A stretch of 64,000 nucleotides of DNA from an uncultured Poribacteria bacterium (GTDB lineage Bacteria; Poribacteria; WGA-4E; WGA-3G), in the NCBI GenBank assembly GCA_958296135.2, contig CATQHZ020000002.1, positions 79,887 to 143,886 on the forward strand, in the 5' to 3' direction. A program made the position numbers and the translations under genes. A model generated the notes under the pieces. It did not search any database, was not told the DNA's origin, and saw nothing but the letters and a program-made list of their open reading frames with translations. Numbering within the stretch: the first letter of the stretch is position 1; every line of letters begins with the position of its first letter. This document shows positions 19,126-28,665 of the stretch, in pieces.

Positions 19126-19806
19126 CTATTGATACGGAATCGGATCTTCAATACCAGATTCTTTAAACGCCGCAAGCCTAATTAAGCAAGAGTCACATTT
19201 TCCACAAGCTCGTCCATATTCATCAGGATCATAACACGAACTTGTAAAAGCGTAATTAACATCTAAGCTTGTTCCCAATCGAATAATATCTACTTTTGTC
19301 AATTCGATTAACGGAGTATAAACATTTATCGGACTACCTTCTACCGTTCTTTTTGTGGCCACATTGACCATGTTTTGATATGCTTTAATATATTCTGGCC
19401 TGCAATCTGGATACCCAGAATAATCTACAGCATTAACACCAGTAAAAATTGCTTCCGCTCCAAGAACTTCCGCATACGATAACGCAAAACTAAGAAAAAT
19501 AGTATTCCTTGCAGGAACATATGTTACCGGAATTGCGTCTGTCATTTCATCCAATGATCTTCCCTTCGGAACTTCGATCGTCGGATCATTAAGAGCACTA
19601 CCACCAAAAGTCGTAAAAGAAACAACCTTATGATCAACAGCATTATGAATCTTACTTGTCGTTTTCGCGCAACTTAATTCATATTTATGACGCTGATTGT
19701 AATCAAAACTTAACGTATGCGTCTCATATCCACCAGCTCGTGCGACCCCCAATGCGGTCGCACTATCCAATCCACCCGACAAAAGTACTACTGCTTTCTT
19801 ACTCAT
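19126..19806 (-). CDS. queC: 7-cyano-7-deazaguanine (preQ0) synthase
   Basis: LLSGGLDS, YVPARN, YPDCR, SCY...CGKCDSC. Confidence 0.97.
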   Translation of the reverse strand: MSKKAVVLLSGGLDSATALGVARAGGYETHTLSFDYNQRHKYELSCAKTTSKIHNAVDHKVVSFTTFGGSALNDPTIEVPKGRSLDEMTDAIPVTYVPARNTIFLSFALSYAEVLGAEAIFTGVNAVDYSGYPDCRPEYIKAYQNMVNVATKRTVEGSPINVYTPLIELTKVDIIRLGTSLDVNYAFTSSCYDPDEYGRACGKCDSCLIRLAAFKESGIEDPIPYQ

Positions 19807-20206
19807 TATTCAATTCTCCTTCTAAATCCGCTAATCTATGCCACGGATTTTCTGGTAATTTTGCAAAACTTTGATTGCTATCTAAACCTGAAACCCACCA
19901 TTCCCCTTTATTCCATAAAAAGCAAAGCTCATAACCACTAGCTACACTTGGTCGCAGATTACTATTAATACCGGTAATCAATTTAGCCTTCTCTTCTCCT
20001 GTATCTCGAGCATAAAACTTACAATTTTTAATTGTTGGTTCAATAAAAGAAGCATCGCCTAAAGAAAGCAATTCATTAACTTTATCTTCTTCATAATAAT
20101 GATCGTGCAAAATTCTAGCATTTTGATCGAGATAACCGCCCCAATGACAATAAATATATTCTGCACCGTTCTCCGTCTTTCTTCCAATATAGTTTACCGC
20201 ACTCAT
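19799..20206 (-). CDS. Conserved phage hypothetical protein (IYCHW(D/G)GY type)
   Basis: YIYCHWGGY...LLSLGDAS pattern. Confidence 0.65.
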   Translation of the reverse strand: MSAVNYIGRKTENGAEYIYCHWGGYLDQNARILHDHYYEEDKVNELLSLGDASFIEPTIKNCKFYARDTGEEKAKLITGINSNLRPSVASGYELCFLWNKGEWWVSGLDSNQSFAKLPENPWHRLADLEGELNNE

Positions 20207-20541
20207 TATCGTCTCCTGTATCGTTGATCATAAGCCTTGTGACGTTCCCACCATCCTAATAGTACCCGAGCTTGAGGCTCGTTAATATTAGATACCATAA
20301 GATTAACAAACTCTTGTTCTCCAAGACCATTAATTTCTTTGCATAAAAGACCAGTTTCATCCAAAGTAGGATCATAAACATCTGTCAACTTTGTCTTTAA
20401 CCATTCATGTAATCTTTCTGCTTGCCCATTCAATTCATTACGTTCAATTTCACTTGGTGTCGGATCAACTCTGCATGGCATGATTTGTTCTCCTGTTTCC
20501 CCTATCTGTGGGGGAATAACGTAACCTGTTGTGTCTATCAT
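20206..20541 (-). CDS. Hypothetical protein
   Basis: MPC...LC...WW.RHK..D pattern seen in phage proteins. Confidence 0.6.
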   Translation of the reverse strand: MIDTTGYVIPPQIGETGEQIMPCRVDPTPSEIERNELNGQAERLHEWLKTKLTDVYDPTLDETGLLCKEINGLGEQEFVNLMVSNINEPQARVLLGWWERHKAYDQRYRRR

Positions 20542-20616
20542 TAGATTTATTTTTTAGTTTTCGTAGTTCGGATTTCAGATCATTATCAATTTTTATTAAA
20601 CGTTCTCTAGTAAACA

Positions 20617-20814
20617 TTATTCTTCCCAATGAAAAGATACTACGTTTGGCATCAGATCTAAAACATTTGCCAAACTATAATATTGTTCGCCGCCCCACCC
20701 AAGATCTTCACGCCAAAGAACTTGAACATTACCTTGTTCATATACTACTCCTTGTGCGATCTTATTATCGGCGGCATCTTTTAATACAAATGGTCGTCGT
20801 TTTTTATTTTTCAT
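20617..20814 (-). CDS. Hypothetical protein
   Basis: 65 aa coupled ORF. Confidence 0.55.
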   Translation of the reverse strand: MKNKKRRPFVLKDAADNKIAQGVVYEQGNVQVLWREDLGWGGEQYYSLANVLDLMPNVVSFHWEE

Positions 20815-21064
20815 TTACTGCTGATTTCAACCTTTCCTGAGTGATTTCTTCATTAAGAGCCCATAATCTACATCGAATAGTATGAACTCTGCCATAAGCC
20901 GCATACGCAGCCAAAGTTCGCTCGTTCTTTAGCTTCTTAATTCGTTCTTCTAGATCCCCAATCTTTTTATTGAATGGATTGAATGGACTGCTAACATTTT
21001 CAGCTTCTTGAAGAGCAGCTTTTAATTGATCATTAAGTTCCTTCTTTTTCTCATTAACGCCCAT
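20804..21064 (-). CDS. Coiled-coil hypothetical protein
   Basis: 86 aa, AGGAG RBS directly after class-A repeat. Confidence 0.6.
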   Translation of the reverse strand: MGVNEKKKELNDQLKAALQEAENVSSPFNPFNKKIGDLEERIKKLKNERTLAAYAAYGRVHTIRCRLWALNEEITQERLKSAVNEK

Positions 21065-21074
21065 AATTATCTCC

Positions 21075-21117
21075 TATATTATTAAAATATTAAATTTTCA
21101 AGCCAATTTAAATCCAA
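21075..21117 (-). promoter_or_regulatory. Class-A promoter repeat, copy 3
   Basis: TATATTATTAAAATATTAAATTTTCAAGCCAATTTAAATCCAA. Confidence 0.8.
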
Positions 21118-21753
21118 CTAAATTTTATACATCTTCAAAATTTCCCTGATTTGATGATATACAGACTCTTCTGGAAGCATTCCATTAACGACATAATTAT
21201 TACTTTTAGCTCTTCCCATCGCTAAATAAACGTTCCTCCTATATTCGATAACTTGATCTGAAACCTTCTCGTATTTATCAAGATCTTTACGATATCTCAA
21301 TCTACGTTTTTGCTCATCTGGATCAATATCAAGAATAATAGTCACAGTAGGAACCGGATTATTTTTAATGGTATCGTGAAGATCCCAAACCTTAATAGTA
21401 TTATGAAGATCCCAAACCGCATCTGTTGTTTCTGGCTGATATTGAACCTCTCTATGACTATAAATATGACTACTATAAACATATCTGTCATAGACTACGT
21501 TGGCTCCAAGATCTAGCATATGTTGCACATATTGCAGATTACGAGATCTAGATCCAGTAATAAAATATTGCTCGGTAACTTCTGATAAATCATCCATATG
21601 TAATAATCGTTTCAAAAGATTCGGAAACGAAGAAGTGCTATGCGATCCAAGTTCATGAAAATAACTCGCTGGCAATTTCCTACATAAATGATGCGCTTGT
21701 GTTGTTTTACCACAACCATTTAATCCTTCTAAAATAATAAATTTTCCACTCAT
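21118..21753 (-). CDS. tmk: Thymidylate kinase
   Basis: FIILEGLNGCGKTT P-loop, DRY..S, IILDIDP. Confidence 0.9.
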   Translation of the reverse strand: MSGKFIILEGLNGCGKTTQAHHLCRKLPASYFHELGSHSTSSFPNLLKRLLHMDDLSEVTEQYFITGSRSRNLQYVQHMLDLGANVVYDRYVYSSHIYSHREVQYQPETTDAVWDLHNTIKVWDLHDTIKNNPVPTVTIILDIDPDEQKRRLRYRKDLDKYEKVSDQVIEYRRNVYLAMGRAKSNNYVVNGMLPEESVYHQIREILKMYKI

Positions 21754-22568
21754 GCTATCATCCTCGCTTTTAATCTTCCATAACTTGCATAATTACATAA
21801 TTCGATATCATCCATATCGTAATCATCAATAAAGTCTTTCTTTTTTATAGAAATATTAGGTAAATGAGCCGGTTTTCTATCTAGTTGAGTTATCGCTACT
21901 GGAAAGTGCTCATGATATAAATGAACATCGCCCATGCTATGAATAAAATATAGTGGATTTAAATCTGTTATTCTAGCAACTAAGTGCAATAATAACGAAT
22001 AAGATGCAATATTAAATGGAACCCCAAGAAAAACATCACATGATCTTTGATATAAGGATAAGCTTATATCTTGCGGATTCCCAGATCCATCTGGATATAC
22101 ATGAAACTGAAATAATACATGACATGGTGGCAAACACATTTCATGTAATTCGGCTGGATTCCATGCTGTTACAACATGTCGCCTGCTAAATGGATCTTTC
22201 TTAATATTATCTATACATTCTTGCAGTTGATCGATTTCATAATTCGATGTATGATCCTGCCATTTTCTCCATTGAACACCATAAATTGGACCAAGTTCAC
22301 CATATTGCCCGAATACTTGTGCGTTTCTGTTCCAAATGTTACATCCTAATTTCTTAAAATCATCTACATGATCATAAGCTCGAATAAAACCGATCAGTTC
22401 CGCTTTAATCACATCAAAGTCTATCTTCTTTGTGGTCAATAATGGAAACCCATCTCGAAGATCATACCTAATATGATAGCCATGTAGTGTCCTTACTGGA
22501 GCATTTCTGCTGGACAGATCTACTCCAGTATTCAGAACATCTCGTAATAAATTCTGATATTTTACCAC
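21750..22568 (-). CDS. thyA: Thymidylate synthase
   Basis: FPLLTTKK, GPIYGVQWR, LPPCH, YQRSCD..LGVPFNIASY. Confidence 0.97.
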   Translation of the reverse strand: MVKYQNLLRDVLNTGVDLSSRNAPVRTLHGYHIRYDLRDGFPLLTTKKIDFDVIKAELIGFIRAYDHVDDFKKLGCNIWNRNAQVFGQYGELGPIYGVQWRKWQDHTSNYEIDQLQECIDNIKKDPFSRRHVVTAWNPAELHEMCLPPCHVLFQFHVYPDGSGNPQDISLSLYQRSCDVFLGVPFNIASYSLLLHLVARITDLNPLYFIHSMGDVHLYHEHFPVAITQLDRKPAHLPNISIKKKDFIDDYDMDDIELCNYASYGRLKARMIA

Positions 22569-22960
22569 GTTTCAAATACCTCTGTTGACATTTCCCGAGT
22601 AACAAGAATTATTCCTTTTTCGGTTGATGTTACATAAACATTAGCCTTTGGTCTTGTTTTTGGATAATGAATTAGATCGACTATTGGTCCTTTATTTAAT
22701 GTAAGATGCGCTATATGCTGTTCATCTAGATCTTCTTTTGAATCTCTAATCATTCGATTGCAACATTCTCTCCATTCAGCATCATGATGACTTATCCATT
22801 CTTTTATTGTTTTCTTGTCATAAGAAAAACTATAAATCGATATATTGTCATACTTATAAGTTTGTCGATACAGCATCGGAAATACATGTTCAACTGGATC
22901 GTCCTTCCACGCTTTTTTAATAACCCCTGAAAAACTAAAACAAATACTTGTATAACTCAT
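22562..22960 (-). CDS. Hypothetical protein
   Basis: 132 aa coupled ORF. Confidence 0.6.
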   Translation of the reverse strand: MSYTSICFSFSGVIKKAWKDDPVEHVFPMLYRQTYKYDNISIYSFSYDKKTIKEWISHHDAEWRECCNRMIRDSKEDLDEQHIAHLTLNKGPIVDLIHYPKTRPKANVYVTSTEKGIILVTREMSTEVFETW

Positions 22961-24027
22961 TAGTTAAATTCACTCCCGCCTTTACGCAATAAGTATGCTT
23001 CTGAAATGCTTTTAAAAATAGCTCTTCCAAATGTGGAATTAAGCCGTTCTGGACTCGGTTTAACTACGACTCCTTCTCGCATATTACCACCAAGAGTTGA
23101 TCTACCATCTGTATATTCCATTAAAATGTCTTTGCTATATGGACCATGATATAGAATTGGAACATAATTAAGTGCCGGATATACTAAATCAAGCAAATAT
23201 GTTACTTCGCTCAATTCTAAGTATTTTCCTTTACCTGGTTGCCCAACATAAATATCAAATACCCGAAAATCATGTTGCATAGTATTATATTGCAAATCCT
23301 GAATTCCACGCCCATAAATTTCACCAAGAACATAAAATGGAGTTCCAACTGTTACTACGCTATCATTAATTTTATCTCGAATTGCATCTATAGTCGGCTG
23401 AATTTTCTTCCAAGTTTGGCTATAAACATTATCTGGATCTTCTGGATCTAAAACGATTCCTCTACCAGATAATCCTTTACTTGTGACTATTGGAGTTTCT
23501 TCTGGATCATCGTTATAATATCCACAGCAACACCAAGTGCCATGTAATTTTTCGGTAATTGTGACTATTTCACCATCTTGAAGTTCTCCAGGAAACTTTT
23601 TAATATTATGAATTGGATATGATAGAGTCTTACCATACATTGCACCCAAAGTTCTACCACTCAATTTAGTTGGAATTGGTGGTTCATATTTAATAATACC
23701 AAGCTCTTCCATGACATCGTCGCCAATGTTCTTGCCTGGCATTGGATAAATTAAACCTTGTGAAAGAACTCCCCGCAACTTAATTGCCTTAACTCGATTC
23801 TTCGCCTTCCCAGTTAGCTTACCAGTTAGATTAAGTTCTTCTAAAAGATCATCTGGAACAATAGAAGCTTCTGGAATGTAAGCTACTGGATCTCCATCTT
23901 TGATTGTTCCCTTTTGAACGATCGATTGATAATCGCCAATGTTACATAATTCAATTCTGTCAGCATTTGGATGTTCACTGATCTTTGCTTCGTAAACTAA
24001 AACCTCAAATTCATTCATTTTGTGCAC
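22960..24027 (-). CDS. RNA ligase, DRB0094/Rnl5-like family
   Basis: HPNADRIE N-terminal OB domain, LRGVLSQG, TEKLHGT, GEIYG, FDI, REGVVV, FKSISEAYL; probable start 24018. Confidence 0.88.
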   Translation of the reverse strand: MHKMNEFEVLVYEAKISEHPNADRIELCNIGDYQSIVQKGTIKDGDPVAYIPEASIVPDDLLEELNLTGKLTGKAKNRVKAIKLRGVLSQGLIYPMPGKNIGDDVMEELGIIKYEPPIPTKLSGRTLGAMYGKTLSYPIHNIKKFPGELQDGEIVTITEKLHGTWCCCGYYNDDPEETPIVTSKGLSGRGIVLDPEDPDNVYSQTWKKIQPTIDAIRDKINDSVVTVGTPFYVLGEIYGRGIQDLQYNTMQHDFRVFDIYVGQPGKGKYLELSEVTYLLDLVYPALNYVPILYHGPYSKDILMEYTDGRSTLGGNMREGVVVKPSPERLNSTFGRAIFKSISEAYLLRKGGSEFN

Positions 24028-24114
24028 CTGCCTGCCTTATATGCATTCCAAAAATAAAATAAACTTCTTTGATTTCCATCTGGATGTTGCTTGTAATATA
24101 ATCGTTTAAATTGC

Positions 24115-24375
24115 TTAAACGTATATGTCTTCATCAGATCGAATTTCATTTTCATCCTCCGCTACATAGTTTTCCTCATAACCCTCAAGCCATATAGTAG
24201 CACCACTACAATATGGCTTTTCAAAGTCCTGCTTTAATGTCCACGAACCAAAGAGCTCTACTTTCTTCGCATATTTAACTCCCTTATAGGTTCGAATGGC
24301 AATACAAGCATCATCTCTACCAGTTTTCTTATTGCTCTTCACTATGTGTCTATTAATGTAAATTCTTGCTTTCAT
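24115..24375 (-). CDS. Conserved phage hypothetical protein
   Basis: IYINRHIVKSNKK...KPYCSGATIWLE pattern. Confidence 0.65.
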   Translation of the reverse strand: MKARIYINRHIVKSNKKTGRDDACIAIRTYKGVKYAKKVELFGSWTLKQDFEKPYCSGATIWLEGYEENYVAEDENEIRSDEDIYV

Positions 24376-24827
24376 TATAGAAACCTAACAGCGGCAACTA
24401 TTACAATCGCGACCGCAACCGGAACCCCAATAGTGATTGCCCAAGCAATCCTACTAGATTTTTTCTCCTCTTTTGCTTCTTCTTTTGTTCTGTATCTAAA
24501 AGCAGACCAAAGATCAGAATAATATGCTTCGTAATTATCTGGATCGTTTTCCATTTGAATATAAACCGGTGGTATACTATTATCTTCAATCATTCTTAAA
24601 TACTTACCGTAATCATTAAAAGCCCATTCGCGCAACCATCTTTTAACGTTTTGCCTATGCATATCGTTATGGCACCATTGATCCCATTCCTTTTGAACTT
24701 CTATTTCTTTTCGCAAATATGCCCAACGATCTGCTTCAGCCTTATTAACTCTTTCTTGCTCAATTAGAATTTTAATTTTCGCTCTAATTTCTTCGTCTGT
24801 AAGATGACTTGTGTTTAAGTTACTCAT
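24375..24827 (-). CDS. Hypothetical protein with C-terminal TM anchor
   Basis: IAWAITIGVPVAVAIVIVAAV. Confidence 0.65.
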   Translation of the reverse strand: MSNLNTSHLTDEEIRAKIKILIEQERVNKAEADRWAYLRKEIEVQKEWDQWCHNDMHRQNVKRWLREWAFNDYGKYLRMIEDNSIPPVYIQMENDPDNYEAYYSDLWSAFRYRTKEEAKEEKKSSRIAWAITIGVPVAVAIVIVAAVRFL

Positions 24828-24828
24828 T

Positions 24829-25044
24829 TTAAACTCCTTCCACTTTATCTAGTGGAGCCCTTACAATAGCACCTGTTTGCGGAATTAAAACCTCCATTAT
24901 TTCAGCAACTCCAAAGTCAGATTGATCTACAAGAATTCTTTTCATTTTTCCAACTACAGATTTGCCACTAATATAGTTAATTCTAACTGTATCATTTTCC
25001 GAAAAGTTTTTGTAATGAACATACTTCTTCATTGTGACCTCCAT
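24829..25044 (-). CDS. Small SH3-like hypothetical protein
   Basis: 71 aa; probable start MKKYV at 25032. Confidence 0.55.
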   Translation of the reverse strand: MEVTMKKYVHYKNFSENDTVRINYISGKSVVGKMKRILVDQSDFGVAEIMEVLIPQTGAIVRAPLDKVEGV

Positions 25045-25529
25045 TATCGAATCGAAAGTCGAAATCCCTTTTCTATGAAGACTCCATCTGGCACTTCACC
25101 AGTCGCTTTAATGTAATCCTTAATAGCCGCCTTAGATACTTCCACTTTCACTTTCTTAAAATCATCCGATACTAATCCGTCGTTTTCAACTACGATCTTA
25201 CCTGGTTTTTGAGCTGTTCCAATAGTAAAATGCCCAACGCGCTTCTTATGTTCGCTATTATCCATTAGATCCATTACAATCTGTTTTCGTAAATATTCTA
25301 CGCTCTTTTGTGCTCGATGCTTCTTATCCCTGAACTCTCGTTCCGCTTCAGCAAATACTTCAATATCAGATTCCAAATTCTTAACAATTTTAACATATTC
25401 TTCCAATAGAACTTCTCGATCTTCTTTGATTTGCTTTAATTCAGTCTCTTGATCTTCGCTTAGTCCTGTCATTTCAGCCTGATCTTGTATCCATCGCACA
25501 TTTTCTCTGATGTCGTATAATGTTGCCAT
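25044..25529 (-). CDS. Siphovirus Gp157-like protein
   Basis: MATLYDI..., IVKNLESDI, KVEVSKAAIK..IK..GEVPDGV...LSIR; AGGAG RBS supports start at 25529. Confidence 0.75.
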   Translation of the reverse strand: MATLYDIRENVRWIQDQAEMTGLSEDQETELKQIKEDREVLLEEYVKIVKNLESDIEVFAEAEREFRDKKHRAQKSVEYLRKQIVMDLMDNSEHKKRVGHFTIGTAQKPGKIVVENDGLVSDDFKKVKVEVSKAAIKDYIKATGEVPDGVFIEKGFRLSIR

Positions 25530-25551
25530 GATTAAACTCCTTGATTTTAAA

Positions 25552-26256
25552 CTAAACTCCGCGCTTGGTCCCCCAGAGCCGAGTATGCAGTCTATCCGAA
25601 TATCGAAATCCATGTGCCATACACAATTCAACTAACCATAATTGCTTATCTTCAACTTCTTTTGCTGTTCTTCCTTCTGGCATCAATAAGACATTACGAT
25701 TACTATATTGCCTTAAACTTCCCAGAATATCTTGAATCTCTTCAAGCTCGCTCCCATCTACTACGACAAACTTAAGCTGATAATCCCGAAGATTATTATG
25801 AGTGCAACGACTAATAAATTCATCGATCACATCAATCTTAACTCGTTCTCGATCATGTTTCTTCGCCCACTTCGGATCGCGATCATATGGAGTTGAACTT
25901 TCTAACTTTGGACTCATCGACATTAAATCAAATTCAACTTCCTCAAAGATCGTAGCATTTGTTTCAATCGTAATATGATAGCCGTCATACCAAAGTTGGT
26001 CACAAAGAAATCTTAATTCTTTTTTCCATACGAATGGTTCGCCACCAGTAATAACTACGTTCTTACAGCCATACTCTTCAATCATGTTGACTGCTTGTTC
26101 TACTGTGACCTCTTTATTTTCCGGCTTCCAACTAGTATATGGCGTATCGCACCAATGACATCTTAAGTTGCAGTGAGAAACCCGAAAAAATACGCTTGGT
26201 AGACCTGTCTTAATTCCTTCACCTTGAATCGAGTAGAAAATTTCTGACATCTTCAT
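25552..26256 (-). CDS. queE: 7-carboxy-7-deazaguanine synthase (radical SAM)
   Basis: EIFYSIQGEG, CNLRCHWCDT, ITGGEP, IETN, SPKL, RLH..LWG. Confidence 0.95.
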   Translation of the reverse strand: MKMSEIFYSIQGEGIKTGLPSVFFRVSHCNLRCHWCDTPYTSWKPENKEVTVEQAVNMIEEYGCKNVVITGGEPFVWKKELRFLCDQLWYDGYHITIETNATIFEEVEFDLMSMSPKLESSTPYDRDPKWAKKHDRERVKIDVIDEFISRCTHNNLRDYQLKFVVVDGSELEEIQDILGSLRQYSNRNVLLMPEGRTAKEVEDKQLWLVELCMAHGFRYSDRLHTRLWGTKRGV

Positions 26257-27032
26257 AATTTATTATCCTCTAATAGATTTATTTGACCAGATTTTTTATC
26301 TTGTTCTAATCTTCTTTTATGAAATTCTTCTTTAACTCTTCTGCTAATTTCTTTTCTTGTTTCAATGGAATGATTTTTATTATACATTCCATTATTTTCA
26401 CCGCTAACTAAATATCCTTTACCATACATCGGATTAGATTTTCCGGTTCTGCCATACATTGGGTGGTTTTTACCTTGAAGGCTTGGTCTTGGTCCACGTA
26501 ATTTTTCTTTATGATCTTCAGACAACGATTTATTCTTATTCCAAGCAACTTGCCCTCGTCTTCCATAATTTGGATGATCTTTACCAGTTTTCCCATATAA
26601 AGGACTATTTTTCCCTTGCAAATGCGGTCTCGGACCACGAGCATTTGGTCTTGGACCACGAAGTTTTTCTTTAACCTCTTCCGACCATGGTTTATTCTTA
26701 TTCCAAGGTTCTTTTCCATAAGTTGGATGATCTTCTCCACAAGGAAATCCTTCGCCGCCAATAGTTAAATTATATCCAAACCCTTTATATGTATTAAGAG
26801 ATGCTATTGTTCGTATTTCTAAATCTGATAGCATCCATTCTGGTATATTATCATAAAGAATTTCCCAACCGAAATTATTAGATCCATATTTTTGTATTGC
26901 TGAATCTATTCCAATTTTCAAATTACTTCTAAAATGTTCCCGAATTCGATCTTTTATATTTCTAGCAGTTTTCCCAATATATGATTTTTGGTTACTTATT
27001 TTATAGATTCTATAAATACATCCATATTTCAT
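26253..27032 (-). mobile_element. Free-standing GIY-YIG homing endonuclease with NUMOD3-like repeats
   Basis: GCIY...SYIG, E...I...GYNLTIGG; repeated (N/H)PMYG(K/R) and SEE/DxKEKL; AAAGGAG RBS before ATG at 27032. Confidence 0.85.
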
Positions 27033-27075
27033 AATTAATTCTCCTTTATGGGTAGGGCTAAACCCTACCATTATG

Positions 27076-28188
27076 TTATGCAGATAAAAGAGCGATCGTA
27101 TAGATCTGATTCTCTTTATCAGGACATTTTAAAGTAATTCTAAGATTATCTGGTGACATTAAAATCATAACTTCTTCGCAATCTAAATGATTTAAAACTC
27201 CAGACAAAAACTTCGCATTAATTTTAAAATCGATAGCTTCTGTTTTACTAGAAATATCTACAGACTCGTGACCATCATATTCCAGGTTGTTCTGAGCTGT
27301 AATATCTAAAGTATTTTCTTCTTCGTTAACCGAAAGATCAATCCCATAACTATCATCTCGAGCAAATAACCCAATTCTTTGAATTGCTCTTAATAGTTGA
27401 TCTTTATTTGCGAGTACCGCTTTTCCATTCTCGAAGTTAATAATCGCCCAGTAATTTGGATAACCTTCATCGCCTAGTTCGATTTTTCTAGACGAAAACT
27501 GATATGTATTAGTAAAGAATACTAAGTAATTATTTTCCACAAAGACAAAGATGTCTTCATCATCAGAAAATACCTTTTTAATTTCCTGACAAGACTTCAA
27601 TGGAATTACCATTTGCTCTATTTCTTTATCAATTTTAGTTTGATATGTAGCTACAGCAAACATTCTTCCATCGCAACCAGCAAACTCGATTTTATCACTG
27701 TAAAACGTAAGAGAAACCCCATGAAGCCGATATCGAACTTCTTCAGTTGATGCTGCAAAATCAGTATCGATCAGAGCCGCTTTTAAATTTCCAGCCGGAA
27801 TAATAAAATCAACTTCTTCTTCATTTACTTCTGGCATTCTAGGAAATTCGTCAGCCTCTAGTCCGCCAAAAGAATATTTACCTTTACCACTTAATACCTG
27901 CAATCGATCAGTAGTCGTAGTTCTTAAATCTACTTCTTTTGCGTCCAAAGACTTAATTAGATTTGCTAACTTTTTACAATTAACTGTAATTTTACCCCGT
28001 TCCTCAGTTTTGCCATCAACTAAAATTCTTGTTGATATTTCTCCATTAGTCGCTGTGCAATATAATCCATGATCAACAGCATCTAAAAGAACGTTTTGCA
28101 GAATTGGAGTCGTCGTTCTATTTGGAGTAACAGATTGCAACTTCTGTAACGCTTGTGCCAATTCTTTTTGCTTTATAGTAATTTTCAT
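27076..28188 (-). CDS. dnaN: DNA polymerase III beta sliding clamp
   Basis: PILQNVLL, ATNGE, EFP, R..LHGV, GCDGR, YPNY, INAKFL; 370 aa. Confidence 0.92.
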   Translation of the reverse strand: MKITIKQKELAQALQKLQSVTPNRTTTPILQNVLLDAVDHGLYCTATNGEISTRILVDGKTEERGKITVNCKKLANLIKSLDAKEVDLRTTTTDRLQVLSGKGKYSFGGLEADEFPRMPEVNEEEVDFIIPAGNLKAALIDTDFAASTEEVRYRLHGVSLTFYSDKIEFAGCDGRMFAVATYQTKIDKEIEQMVIPLKSCQEIKKVFSDDEDIFVFVENNYLVFFTNTYQFSSRKIELGDEGYPNYWAIINFENGKAVLANKDQLLRAIQRIGLFARDDSYGIDLSVNEEENTLDITAQNNLEYDGHESVDISSKTEAIDFKINAKFLSGVLNHLDCEEVMILMSPDNLRITLKCPDKENQIYTIALLSA

Positions 28189-28574
28189 TCCTTTTCTTTT
28201 TCCTCCACCAGTTTCTCTAATTGATTATTCATATTTCCAGTTATAATATTAAATACATCAACCATAATATCGTCTACTTCATATTCTTCAAAATCGCCAT
28301 CAAGCTCCAATAGAACTGTTTCGCGTTCGGCTTCATAACGCTCATACGCTTCCTTATACGCATCGTAACATAGCTCCCGACACTCAGCTTCCGCAACTTC
28401 AGATAACTCGATTTTATCTTCAACTTCAGGCGAAACATCTAAATGATCCGACCAAAAACATTCTACAGCCGACGCAAGAAATTCGTGATAAAGATCATCG
28501 CTCCAAGCGCTAGCATAATCATCAGCATTGTATCCTTTCTCTATACAATATCCAATATTCCTTAACATGATCAA
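28185..28574 (-). CDS. Acidic hypothetical protein (possible DNA mimic)
   Basis: Very D/E-rich 129 aa. Confidence 0.6.
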   Translation of the reverse strand: MIMLRNIGYCIEKGYNADDYASAWSDDLYHEFLASAVECFWSDHLDVSPEVEDKIELSEVAEAECRELCYDAYKEAYERYEAERETVLLELDGDFEEYEVDDIMVDVFNIITGNMNNQLEKLVEEKEKE

Positions 28575-28593
28575 TTCCTCCTTGGCTTTGCTC

Positions 28594-28636
28594 TATATTT
28601 TTAAAATATTAAATTTTCAACCCAATTTAAATCCAA
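28594..28636 (-). promoter_or_regulatory. Class-A promoter repeat, copy 4
   Basis: TATATTTTTAAAATATTAAATTTTCAACCCAATTTAAATCCAA. Confidence 0.8.
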
Positions 28637-28665
28637 CGAAATTAACTTTCGTTAATCATATTTTC

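Noticed and set aside
26253-27076. Group I intron around the GIY-YIG gene
   Set aside because: dnaN and queE are both complete on either side and there is no room for an intron core; the gene is free-standing
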